DNA from: Dipteris shenzhenensis
Lineage: Eukaryota
Length of the DNA stretch: 64,000 bases
Direction: 5' to 3' (one strand)
NCBI GenBank assembly: GCA_047967505.1
Contig: CM106538.1
The notes beneath the pieces were generated by a model. The model saw only the letters and a list, made by a program, of their open reading frames with translations, did no database searches and was not told where the DNA came from. The position numbers and the translations under genes were made by a program. Each line of letters begins with the position of its first letter. Positions within the stretch are counted from its first letter, which is position 1. This document shows, one piece after another, positions 47,801 to 59,569 of this stretch.

Positions 47801-50800
47801 GATTATGCAATGGCACCCATGTTTTGATGCATCTTAGGTTCTATTTTCAGTAGCGGTCATTTCATGGGACCATGATTTCTTGAGCATACCTTATGCAGAT
47901 CACTCTAGTTACAGTTTGAGCCATGTGCGCTCATTTGTGGTGTGCATTGGGTTGCAGTGGATGATTTATAGGCCATTTGGATGCATTGCGATCCTTATTG
48001 GATGCGTTGATAGGCCCAGATTGCCTTGTGGGATGCTATTTTTATGGATGCTTTGCACATGGATGCTATCTTATGCTGAGGGACAGCTTTGACACATTGT
48101 AGGTGATGCACTGATAGTGTTATGCTCTCTTGGATGAGATATTATTAATGCATATGCCCATGGATCGTGTTTATGCTTGAGCCATTTGGCACCTATTGGC
48201 ATTTTGGATTGCCATTATAGTTGGCATTTTCTTTTGGGCAAGATTTACTCATATGGATGCATAGTACATGCACATGAGTCAGCTGCATCTTTTGATGCTT
48301 TGAGCTTTGAGTTTTGGTGATATTTCAGTCTATTGTGGCATACACATTGGGGTGCACCTAGTATTTGGTGTGATTCTCTCTTGCAGGCACTAGCATTTGG
48401 GATTTTGCTTTATTTGCACCATGGCATCCTCTTCCATGTCTGAAAAGGAGTTTTTCAACATTAAAAAGTTTGATGGGACAAACTTTTCTTTGTGGAAAGA
48501 ACAGATAAGGGATGTGCTAATTCAAAAAAAGCAAAAAGCAGTTAAACCCTTGGCAGGGATTGAAGCTAAGCGTGCAAATATGTCTAAGGATGATTGGAAT
48601 GAGTTGGATGCATTAGCAAAGTCTACTATTAGACTTCATCTTGTAGAGTCAGTTTATTTCACAGTAGTAAATGAGCAGACTACGGAAGATTTGTGGAAGA
48701 AACTGTGTGCCACTTATGAGAAGGAAACTGCCTCTAATAAAGTTTACCTCATGAAGAGGTTGTTTGAGCTGCAGATGAAGGAAGGAATCTCCATTGCTTC
48801 TCACTTGAATGAATTCAATATTATTTTCAGCTAGCTTCATGCTCAGAAGATGAATTTTGATGTGGAGACTAAGGCAATATTTCTCTTATTTCATTGCCAT
48901 CCTCATGGGATACCTTCCGTACAGCTATCAGTAACTCTGCACCTGGTGGAGTACTGAAATTTGATGATGTTGTGGGTAGCTTATTGGCCAAGGAGATTAG
49001 ATGGAAGTCTATGGATGGAAACAAGCAGGATACAGCCTTAAATGTGCAAAGGGGTAGATCACAGTTCAGAGGGAAGTCCCAAGAAAGAGGGAAGTCTCAT
49101 AGCAAATCCAGGGCATGGAACATTGAGTGTTACCACTATGGCAAGAAGGGCCATATGAAAAAGGATTGCTACAAGCTGAAAAGAGAGCAAAAGGATAAGA
49201 AAAAGAATGCAAATTGGGGTGCAAATCAAAAGGAAGAGAGTCCAAGGGAGGACAAAGGAAAAGTGAAGATCGAGGAGATCAATGCAATCACACATGATAG
49301 TGACAATGATGTTCTCTTCATGTCTACTTTATCTGTAGAGTTGCTTACCACTTCAGATGATGCATATTCTCAAGATGGGATTTTGGATTTTGGTGCTTCA
49401 TTCCATGTTACTCCCCATAGAAAATGGTTCTCCACTTATGACAGTGGAAAGACAGGTTGTGTGCATCTTGGAAATGACTATGCATGTGACATAGTGGGAG
49501 TAGGTGACATAAAGTTTTCTTTTGCAAATGGGTCTGCATTTATTTTGAAACATGTGAGACATGTGCCTAAGTTGACCAAGAGTCCTATTTCAGTGGGTCA
49601 GCTAGATGATGCTGCTTTTCACATCACTTTTGTCTTTCAGAGTTGGAAAATTCAGAAGGGCTCTATGCTTTTGGCCAGGGGTGCCTAGTGTGGGACTTTG
49701 TATCCCTTACATGTATCATGGGTATTTAATCATGTTGTTGCAATAACTAAGCAGCCAAGCACTTCTTTGTGGCATTGTAGGTTGGGGCACATGAGCCAGA
49801 ATGGAATGGAACTCTTATGTCGTTTGGGTTATGTACTGCATTTGAGTGTCTCTGATTTTGAAATTTGTGAGCACTGTCTCTATGGGAAGCAGACTAAATC
49901 AGCCCATAAAAGAAGGGGAAAGAAAGAGTTTGAAAAGCTTGATTTGGTGCATTCAGACGTATGTGGTCCCATGCCTACACGGTCATTAGGCAAGGTTGAA
50001 TACTATGTGACATTCATTGATGATGCAACTAGGAAAGTGTGGGCTTATGCTATAGCTCAGAAGAGTGATGTGTTCCAGGTATTTCAGAAATAGCTAGCCT
50101 TGGTTGAGAGTCAGTCAGGTAGAGCGCTTAAATGCCTACGGTCTGACAATGGTAGAGAGTATCTCTCTCAATAGATCACCTAGTAACAATTTGGATGGTG
50201 GTATTCCTGAAGAGGCATGGAGTGGCAAGAAGCCCTCTTACTCTCATTTGCATATATTTGGGTGTGAGGCATATGCACATGTGCCAAAAGAGCTTCGAAA
50301 GGTGCTAGATCCTAAGTCTAGGAAATGCATCTTTTTTGGTTATGGTGAAAGTGGAGAGATGGGCTATCGTCTTTGGGATTCAGTAACAAAGAAGATCATA
50401 CGCAGCCATGATGTAATCTTCAATGAGAAGAAGATGCATAAGGCACCCATGAGGGATGTTGAAATGAGGAGAATCACTTTTTAGGATGTGAATCCACCTG
50501 CATATGTTGATAGACAGCAAGCTATCCATGCACCAAATGTGCAAGAAATGGTACCATCAAATACTCCCACAGGTATACAATCAAGGGTAGATGATGGATC
50601 ATCTATTGGTGGAAATAATGAGCCAAATGTGGCTGATATGCAAGTGGGACAGCAAGCTGAAATGCCCTTGAGAAGATCATCTAGAGTGTCTAGATGTGTT
50701 CACCTTTGCAAGTGGTGCAACATTGTGGATGTCTCGCGCACAGAAGTGCGTTGCTTTGTCTACCACAGAGGCGGAGTATGTTGCAGCCACAGAGGGTTGC

Positions 50801-52881
50801 AAGGAGGCTATATGGCTTGATCGGCTAGTGTTGGGAGATTTTCGGATTCATACAGGTGTACCGACATTGCATAGTGATTCCACGAGTGCTATTCAACTAG
50901 CACAGAATACGGTCTTTTATGTAAAGACCAAACACATTGAGGTCAGGTACCATTTCATCAGGGAGGTACTTGAGGACAAGGGCATAGAGCTTGTCAAGGT
51001 TCATACGAGGTTCATACAGATCATAACCCTGTAGATATGCTGACGAAGAGTCTATCTAGTCAGCGGTTTGAGTATTGTCATGTATTGATGGGCATTGGAT
51101 AGTATGCTCACTAGTTGTTCTCCCTTAAAGGCACATTGTCCTTTAAGTGGGAGGTTGTGGGGGTTAAAGGTCACTGTGCCTTTACCTGGTTATGTACAAT
51201 ACTCAAACACATATATAAATGAATTAAAAAGAAGATAAGGGTGTTCTACACCCACCAAAACTTGTGTGGCTCTCTGTTTCTCTCTCTCCCTCTTCCGTTC
51301 TTGCTTTCGTTGAGAGCACTCTCATTCTTCTCATCTGCAATCTTCTTCTGGCACTCATTCTGCTTGTGCCCTGCCTTGTTGCAATAGAAGCACTTGATCT
51401 TCTTCTTTCTCTTTTTATCATTAAAAGAAGATGGGTTACCAGAGTCCTTACCCTTACCTTTCTTTGATCCAGCATAGAAAGCCGAATCTTCTCCAGTCCT
51501 CGTCTTTTGACGCATCTGCTCCTCCAGAAGCATTGCGATGAAATCCTCAAAGTTGAGGGGTGGATTTCTGTTCTATGTATTTAGTGCCATAACAATACTG
51601 TCCTACTTTGGTGGGAGAATCCATATGCACCTTCGTGCTAGATTCTTGCTGGTGATGGTGATGCCAATCGCAGTCATCTGATCGTGTAGATTCTTCACCC
51701 TTGTGATGAACTTCTCTGTTATTTCAGACTCAGACAGTTTCTCGTTCGCGAGTTGAGTCTCTAGATTTTGAATCCACGTCTGATTTGTGGTCTCATACTG
51801 ATTTTTCAAGACCATCCATGCCTCCTCTGCTGTGGTGACATGTTGAATTAATGCCATGACAGAATCACTTACACTGCAGACAATCGAACACAATGCATCT
51901 GCATTTATTCTTGTCCACGTGAGAATCTCATCCGTAGTTGGTACTATCTATTGTGCTGCATTGGCTGGATTCGGTCTCGGAACCAGCTTCAGGTCCACCC
52001 CAGTAGCAGTATCCCAAAGCTCATATGTGCTTAGGATGGTCTTCATCTTGAACATCCAGAGTGGATAGTTAGTTCTGTCCAACTTTTCGCTTTCGCCGAA
52101 CGGTGGGATTCGCAGTCTTGCACACTGGACCATATCTCACAATCTGCTTGCAAACAGAAACACACTACCAAATTTTCTTGTTAGAGCCCAAGCTCTAATA
52201 CCATGTAAGAAAACAATACAACGTCTGTGCTCAAAAGATAAGAGGATCTCTATGCAAGAGAGAAAAGTAGATAGTATGGAGAATCAAAAATTTGATTACT
52301 ATAAAACTGATACAATAGATGGCACTACCTCCCAGCCGTGCGCTCCTGTGAGAGAAGCTTCGATGGCATGCTAGAAACAGTAGAGGACGGAGGCTGGATG
52401 CTAAGAAATCAGGGTTGCTGTAGCTAGTGATGATAATGGGCTTCACAACCTTGCTCTTATATAGCCACCAGTCGTAGTCGATTAGACCCAATTGGGAGAT
52501 CAGCCCAGTCCACCCAAACTGGCCGACTGGAGCTCGATCCCAAAATAGGCCACCGACCACACAATAGAACCGTGGCACAAAATAAAGCAACTAACCTACA
52601 GTCTCCATTTGGCCCACAGCCATCCGGGATCATCAGGGGCTCCAAACGGCGGGCCCCGCAACCTGAGAGTGGGTTGCCCCGAGAAATGCTCCATCTACCC
52701 TCAATGTGGTCAATCATGGGATGCCTTCCTGTACTTGCATGTAGCCTAGTTGGTAGTGTGCCAACTCTATTTGAAGCCATCCAACCATTAGGCCACACAT
52801 GGCCCCCATCTAGTGCCCAAACCAGGACCTACTGGATAACCGAGCTACTCAAATGCCTTGTCCTCATATGGGGGGCTTACA
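44860..52881 (-). mobile_element. 3'-truncated Copia element (5' LTR, PBS, gag, PR, IN, start of RT) interrupted by a nested Copia
   Basis: LTR 52204-52881 (TGTAAG...CTTACA), PBS complement gctctaatacca at 52192-52203, gag KLDRTNYPLW and CFYCNKAGHKQNEC, WIIDSGASRHM, RSDRGGEF, FWAEACNT. The frame ADEK|NGVKK rejoins across the nested insertion. Confidence 0.92.
46787..51324 (+). mobile_element. Nested Copia element, internally deleted (no RT), LTRs about 170 bp
   Basis: LTRs at 46787-46956 and 51156-51324, TSD TTCTT at 46782-46786 and 51325-51329, PBS TGGTATCAGAGC at 46959-46970 and PPT aagtgggaggt at 51145-51155. Gag, PR, partial IN and RNase H are present with stops. Confidence 0.94.
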
Positions 52882-52889
52882 AGTAGAGT

Positions 52890-55450
52890 TAGCTGGTTCC
52901 TGCGTAGTTACATGAGAGTGGAGCATTGATATCTAATAGAACCTACATTGCTTAAAGAGACACACCTTCTTGAAAAACTTCCTTTCACACAAATAGAGAG
53001 GGACTGAAGGGTGGAGAGGGAGCACAAGTGTTGGGAGAGGGGTTGGGTAGGGGTGAGGAGTGTGTAGATCCTTTCGGGCCCATATTTGCTTGGTTGCCTT
53101 TTGTCTTTGTCTTCTCCCTTGTGGCATCCTTGTTGAGGTGGGGAGGTAGTAGTTGCTGATGTTGATCCTTGACTAGCGATTGGTGCATCTTGATGGGGTG
53201 ATTCATCACCAAATAACCTTTTGTAAGTGTCTTGTATCCATCTTTTACCAAGAATGGCAGCTTCCGTTAAGGTACCGGCAAGAGCTACAAAAAACTTGCA
53301 AGGCATAATGTAATTGTCCCAAGGAAACATTCAACATTAAAGAACCAATGACCTTAATGGAGGAACCCTCTATGGATTGAATTTTAGAATCACATACTTC
53401 AATGTGTACCTAGTGAAGATGCTTTAATGTCTCCTAGGGGATGAGGTTGTGGCTTTTGCTCACCAATCTACCCTAGCCTATATTTGTCATGTTGCACCTG
53501 CTGATGCTAGCTCTACCCAAAGTTGAGAGGCAGTCATATCTATCTCGTTAGGATGAATGGCATTGTCAACTCGTAGTTCAATTTGATTAGGTAGTACCGA
53601 TCTTATGGTATAAAAGGTGTAATGGAGTTAAATTGTTTATCATCAAGGTGCATCATCTGAGTGCCCTTAGTAGTTGGTAGATCTATTGCTACCAAGGTAT
53701 GCATCCAATCAAGTGAGTCTTATAGTTTTGGTGAAGGAGTACACTAGGGTTGGGTCAGCATTTGAGGATCTATCATTGCCCTAGTCTACCCCCAGCGAAT
53801 GGGTTCACCATTTCTATGGGTGGGTCACTCAGACCAAACCTTCCTAGCATGTTTACAAATGAGTCTTGTATTCGAGATGTTGTGGGAGGAGTAGGTGATT
53901 GAGGATGTACTGAACTAGAGTTTGGAGCTACAAAGGCTCTAAGGTTGGGATTTTCACCCATCTCTCCATCAAAGCTCATTGAATCTTCAGAGCTAGACAA
54001 CTCAACTAGGGGTGGTCTGTGCACTGAGTGGGCACCAAGTATTGAGGATCCTGAATAAATAGTTGTGAAACTCAGCACGTAGCTAGATAGAATGTTGTTT
54101 GAGGCACTATCTTTATGCTCAGCTCCTAGGATTCCTCCTGATCTTAAGTGCATGTGCTAGTTTGTGTAGTTGATGCCCCAATTCTAGGTTGAGTCCACCT
54201 CGACACGGGGTCAAGAGGTGGCAATTTTTATGTGCTTTTTCCCAATTTTTGTATTCCCAAAGCTATCCCTATGGCCATGGGAATAGAGCTATGGCAATGA
54301 CCCATGGGGATAGCAAGTTGGTGGATAGAGTTAAAGCAATGGCCGGCGGGATAGAGCTACAATGAGTCAATGCCTATTTGATTAGTGGGATAGAGCTATG
54401 GCAATGACTCGTGGGGATAGAGCTAAGGCAATGACCAGTGGGATAGCCTTACGGCACTAGGTCAATGCATGTTTGATCGATGGGATAGCCGACTGACAGT
54501 AATTAATTAGGGTGGCGGGTTAGGTACTGACATGTGTCAGCTTGTGTGGGGATAGCACTAAGGCGATGACCCGTGGGGATAGGAGTTCATGTTTTTTATG
54601 TGATGGGGGGATGCTAACTACCTAATCTACCTACCCAATGTAAAAAAGAAGAAAGAAAAACAACATTTGATTGCAAAATGAGAGATTTCTCGAAGAGGTG
54701 ACTATCAACACTCAAAACCACTTCGATTTTCAGCATAATTCATCATTCTTGGTTGTTTTTTGTGAGTTTTAACACCATACACTCCTTAACAATCTTTCAA
54801 ACTATCTTTCTACCAGCTCAAAACATAAAAAAACATAAAAAACAAGCTTCACATGATAAAAAATGCTTTCCAACAAAAAATGACTTCTTCTTTTTTCCGT
54901 CCAAACATAAACTTTTTCACTCTTTCCTCTCCTACAACTCCACCATTAAAGCTCTAAGTTAAGCTTGAAAAGATGAGAAATGGGTAGATGATGAGAGAAG
55001 GCAAATGCAATGAAAAAGCATAACTCGAACTCCCCGGTAGCGACGCAAAAAATGTGTAGTCTCAACAGTGACTCAAGAGCCAGGTGCTAGTTAGAGAGCT
55101 CTTGGCTAGTGTTGCGACCGATGGTTGTGAAGAGATAGCCAATCACATAAGGTACCTGCTCTTTAATGTGAGCAGCTTGTAGGGTTCACCCATTTTGATC
55201 TAGAGCCTTCCTTGCTAGTGAAGAGCAATTTGTAGGGTTTGCCCAATTTGTGCCAAGGCCTTCCTTGCTAGTTAAGAGTTCCTGTAGTAGAGGGCCTAGC
55301 TCCCACAAGGCCACACTTATTGGCCGCAAACTACTCCAAAAGGTCTTGGTTGCACACAGATGTCTAGACCCAGGTCCAGATCCACTTTTAAGAGATTGCC
55401 GAGTAACCAAAGGATTCCATGCCGGACATAATTAGGATTTGGTGGGGAGG
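52890..55450 (-). mobile_element. Degenerate Athila/Tat-like Gypsy 5' region (LTR edge, PBS, leader repeats, gag/PR remnants)
   Basis: tccccggtagcgacgca at 55031-55047 is a decayed complement of the TGGCGCCGTTGCCGGGGA PBS, followed by TG at 55053. AILGKRWI is a protease-like remnant near 53250. Boundaries are approximate. Confidence 0.55.
54260..54585. repeat. Tandem tgggatagagcta.ggcaatgac repeats in the Gypsy leader
   Basis: About 8 diverged copies of a gggatag-containing unit. Confidence 0.75.
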
Positions 55451-58269
55451 CTACAATACTTGCATGTGAGAATTAGCTCTGGGAGCTAGATCAGACATAG
55501 CTAGCTAGACATCTTGATGCATATGTTGTGCAGGGGTGCTCTCAGTGGTAGTTTTATTCCTTGTCCAAGCTTCTATGGATGCTAGCTATGTACTAATGCT
55601 TTTTATCTCTAATCTAAGAAAACAAGTGGACAAGTGGTCACTTGAGGTAGCTATGGGGAATTTTTTGATCAAGTATGAGTTGCTACAAACAATTCTAGGC
55701 TGAGTGCAAGTCATCTAAAACTGAAATAGATGCCTATTCATCACCGTGCTTGATGCAAGCCACTTATAGTAGAGATTATGCCTTGGTTATTAAATCCTAA
55801 TGGGACGTGGAATGCCCTTGATGCAAGAGAGATTCTACTCTTTGTGTAACCTTATAGTAGTACTTTCCATTCAATAAAGAAATACCAAAAGGGGCACCAA
55901 GGTTTGCGGCCAATCATGGTCATTGTTGTGGCAATAGGAGCATTCTAGCTCCGAATCTATTATTTGTTTACTTGCTAAACTATTGATGTGAGAATATTGG
56001 ATGGTTATTTGTTTATTACTGCCCTTCTGTTGGTCTTAAGGTAGGTTTCCAAGGTTCTGTTGTTGGGACATTACCATCTTCTTTCAAGAGGTGAGCCTAT
56101 AGTTGGCTCTGGTGCAAGTATTGCATGTTGTAATTGAATTACAATAAGGAGAATCCAACAAATATGTCACTCATTGATGAATATTGGGATATGAAAGAGG
56201 AGTCCTCTCAAGATGGGGAAGATGGACAACCTATGAATGAGGGAGCTTCTCATGATGATCAAAATGCTGATGGATAGCAAGCAGTAAATGCTTTTGATTG
56301 AATCATTCTTAGCCTAAAGTGTCTAAGGAGGTTGGAGATGCAAAGGAGGCTGATGCATTGTTCAAGGCACAATTATTTAGTGTAGTGGGAGCACTAACAT
56401 AGCTTACTCAGGACCCATGATTTGTTGAGTTTGTGCATGCTCCTTTCAAGACTAACAAGAAGAATAGACATTCACATTCGGGGGAACCCAGTGTGGGGTT
56501 CAAAGGCAGCCTTATAGTCCTATGTCATTGGTTGGACATCCATTAGTTATGCCAAATGCACAAGGTGCTCCATTTCAATAGTCTACCTATGGTCCTAGTG
56601 TTGATATGCAATAGTCTACATATGGTCCTAGTGTTGATATGCATGGCCAAGCCAATAAATTTCCATATGCAAATCAGGCACCACAAGTAATTCTACATTG
56701 CATAGTGCATCCATGATATTTTGGTGGTGGTTCAGTGTTCCAGGCAACCATTGGTCAAGTTGTGGATAATTTTGGAATCCTTGGACTACTTAAACTTAAG
56801 ATGAGCATTTAGGACAAGGAATGAATTAATAATGCACTTGCATGGAGGATAATAAAGTAATAGATGCATTTGCATGTAGGATCATGTAGTAAAAGAAAAC
56901 TCAAGAATTGAGCAAGTGCACACTTATTGCCTTGGAAATGATCACAATGGTATCGTACAGAGACGTTGGGCAAGTTGGGCTTTGGAAGGCATCCATGGTG
57001 CCAAGAGTCTTGAAGTTGGATTACTAGAGATGGCTAAGTCATTCTCTTAGGTTGGATTCATGAGCCAGGGTAGTACTTGGGCTCTTCCCAAGCAAGAGGG
57101 TGCTATACATGGCCACTCACTTGGAATCATCACTCAAAGAGTCCATAATCCTACTTAGGTGTTGGAATAGGTGGTAGATATGTAAGCACTTAGTAAGGTC
57201 TGGTGACCTTAGAGAGATCTCAAGTAATTGGTAAGTCATGGACGCATGACTATGGGTGGATCCACAATTAGACCTGGTGGTCTAGAATGAGTACTCAAGC
57301 AAGATCTGGTGATCTTGATCTTGTAAGTTAGGCCTATCTTGTAAGTTTTGGGTCTAATCAACCTAAAACTAATGGTTCCAAACTAGTCACTTGGAACTTC
57401 GACCAATGCATGCATATGAGAGAAATAGATTAGGAATTGGTATCTTATTGGAAAGGAAAAGTAGAACAGAAATGGATTCTTACTAACCCTAATGGATAAA
57501 GTTGAATTAATCTTTGTAGGAATGTCCAAAGCAAAGGAGTACATGGACAACACAACATGAAAGATAAGTACTATGTCTTTCTTATTAATTTATTTGGAAA
57601 TTTGATTTAAAGGAACATACTAATATTGGACTTGTTTGGCAGGAGTACCAAATATGAAGATGAAAGATTGAAGAAGTTGTATGGAAGTTTATATAGGAAC
57701 CTAAAGGGTGCTAAAAATCATGAAGTCAAAGAAGAATACCTAATAGATGAGGACATCTATGTCCCAAGCAAGAGGGCATGTCACGACACAATTTTGTAGT
57801 CTAGAATGTATTAGGCTAGAATGACTAAATGTAATAATTAGAGGGTAGGCTAGGTAGGTTTTTATGGCTAAATGCCATATGGATAATGTATTGGATATGT
57901 TAATTGATCAATGTAAATGGTGCACTCACACATGTAGGTCCTAGGATAGTAGGATTGGGTAGGAATGCATGGGTGCATTAATAAATGGTAGGCATAAAGA
58001 GTCATAGGCTAAGGGTCTATAGAATAATGGGGTATGCCCAAGGGATGGATCCCAAGAGGCATGAGAGGTTGTGACCTCTCATATGCATGGAATGTGTGCA
58101 TGAGGCATTGTGCATTCATATGTGGTTTGGGGATTACATGAGCATTGTAGAATGGTCAATAGCAAAAGTACACTCACATGGGCACTCCTTCCACCCCATT
58201 TGGAGGGCCAATGCTTCTCAATTTATGCATCATTCTTCTACACATGTGGATCCTCCAACAGTACGTGAC

Positions 58270-59300
58270 AAAAGAGGAGGACCCAATTAGAGAGAGAAAG
58301 TGACACCGATGAAACAGGACCCATGTAGAGAGAGAAAGTGGTAATCAGGTAGGAAGAGAAGGTGATACCAGGGGAAGGAGAAGGCAACAGTGTATATACA
58401 AGGGGGAGGAGGTTGTTTCCTAATTGAACATGGTACCTCTTGGCTCGTGACCCATTCACTGGTGCATGTAGGAGTCTGCATTCCAAAGTGACCAAGTAGA
58501 CTCCTCCACTTGGGATAAGCCTGGAAATGAAAAATGGGCCTGTTCAACCACTAACAAACTTAGGTTTGTTTTTGAGAAACTTTCTCGAATACAATAGTAC
58601 TAAATCACCAACTTTGAACTCCCGCTTCCTGAGGTTTCGATCATGCCATGCTTTTTATCATTTCTACCACACCTCTTGAGCGAAGACTGCTTCACATCGA
58701 TGCTCTGCGAGTGCCTCCAGATCCCACAAGCATTCCATTGTACAAGCTTCAAAGTTGTCATCCTTTTCCAGAAGCACCCTGTGGGTGTCAAGATGAAATT
58801 CATAAGGCATGACAGAGCCTCCAGCCCATAGACAAGCTTGAAGGGTGAATACCCAGTACTCGCCTTGTAAGCCATTCAGTAGGCAAACAAAGTAGCTTGA
58901 AGTATGTCATCCCAATCTCCACAACAACTGAGGCAAAGAGGATGATTGTTCCTGCACATAGTTCGATTTGAGCTCTCAACTAGATCATTGGCATGTGGGT
59001 AATAGGGAGATGAAAATTTATGAACTATTTGTAGCATGTTAACCAGGGCAACAATGGTGTCATTTAGGAAGTGAGATCCTAGATCACTCATCAATTCCCC
59101 GAAATGTAACTTGGACAATTGTTCTACAAGTTGATGTAGTCTACCAGCCCTCACCACAATTTCAAATTCAAATTCTTGAAAAAGAGGAATCCATCTGCTT
59201 AACCATCCACCAAGAGTAGGCTTATTCAATAAATACTTAAGAGCTTGATGATCAGTGATGATCACACGTAGGAAGGCCCAAAATAAGAGCCTTAACAATC
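58270..59300 (-). mobile_element. Internally deleted Gypsy remnant (RNase H end, integrase pieces, PPT, LTR-like sequence)
   Basis: ITDHQALKYLL...RWIPLFQEFEFEIV, SSPYYPHAN.LVESSN, AYKASTGYSPFKLVYG and the PPT complement ctcctccactt near 58501. Confidence 0.7.
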
Positions 59301-59309
59301 GTGACAACA

Positions 59310-59565
59310 TCATTTTTAAAAGACTACATTCATGAAAATGCTTTACCTCAACCCATCTATCTGAAATGCATATTCCGATAGGTTTGACAAAAAAAGAAGT
59401 GTTTAAGTCTATTGGAGAAACACAGAGGAAAAGAGGGCATGCTCAGACATCTTTTCACAATTTGTATACTCTTTGGAAGAAGAGCTTTGTACATGTTAAA
59501 ATCCCAAAATGCAAAAAATGTCAAAGTGCAGTGATTGTGATGATCTAAAGCGAGCATGTACAAAA
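59310..59565 (+). mobile_element. Short DNA-transposon transposase-like fragment (Sola-like/DUF7869-associated motif)
   Basis: MHIPIGLTKKEVF...SFHNLYTLWKKSFVHVKIPK..[shift]MSKCSDCDDLK resembles the HLP..tK..vy...F..lW...F.hvkIpk...skC..C motif; recalled, not searched. Confidence 0.45.
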
Positions 59566-59569
59566 TGTA

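Noticed and set aside
57779-58270. Possible LTR with TGTCACG...CGTGACA termini after a purine-rich tract
   Set aside because: No partner LTR or TSD was found and an alternative end exists at 59306, so it is not resolvable by eye.
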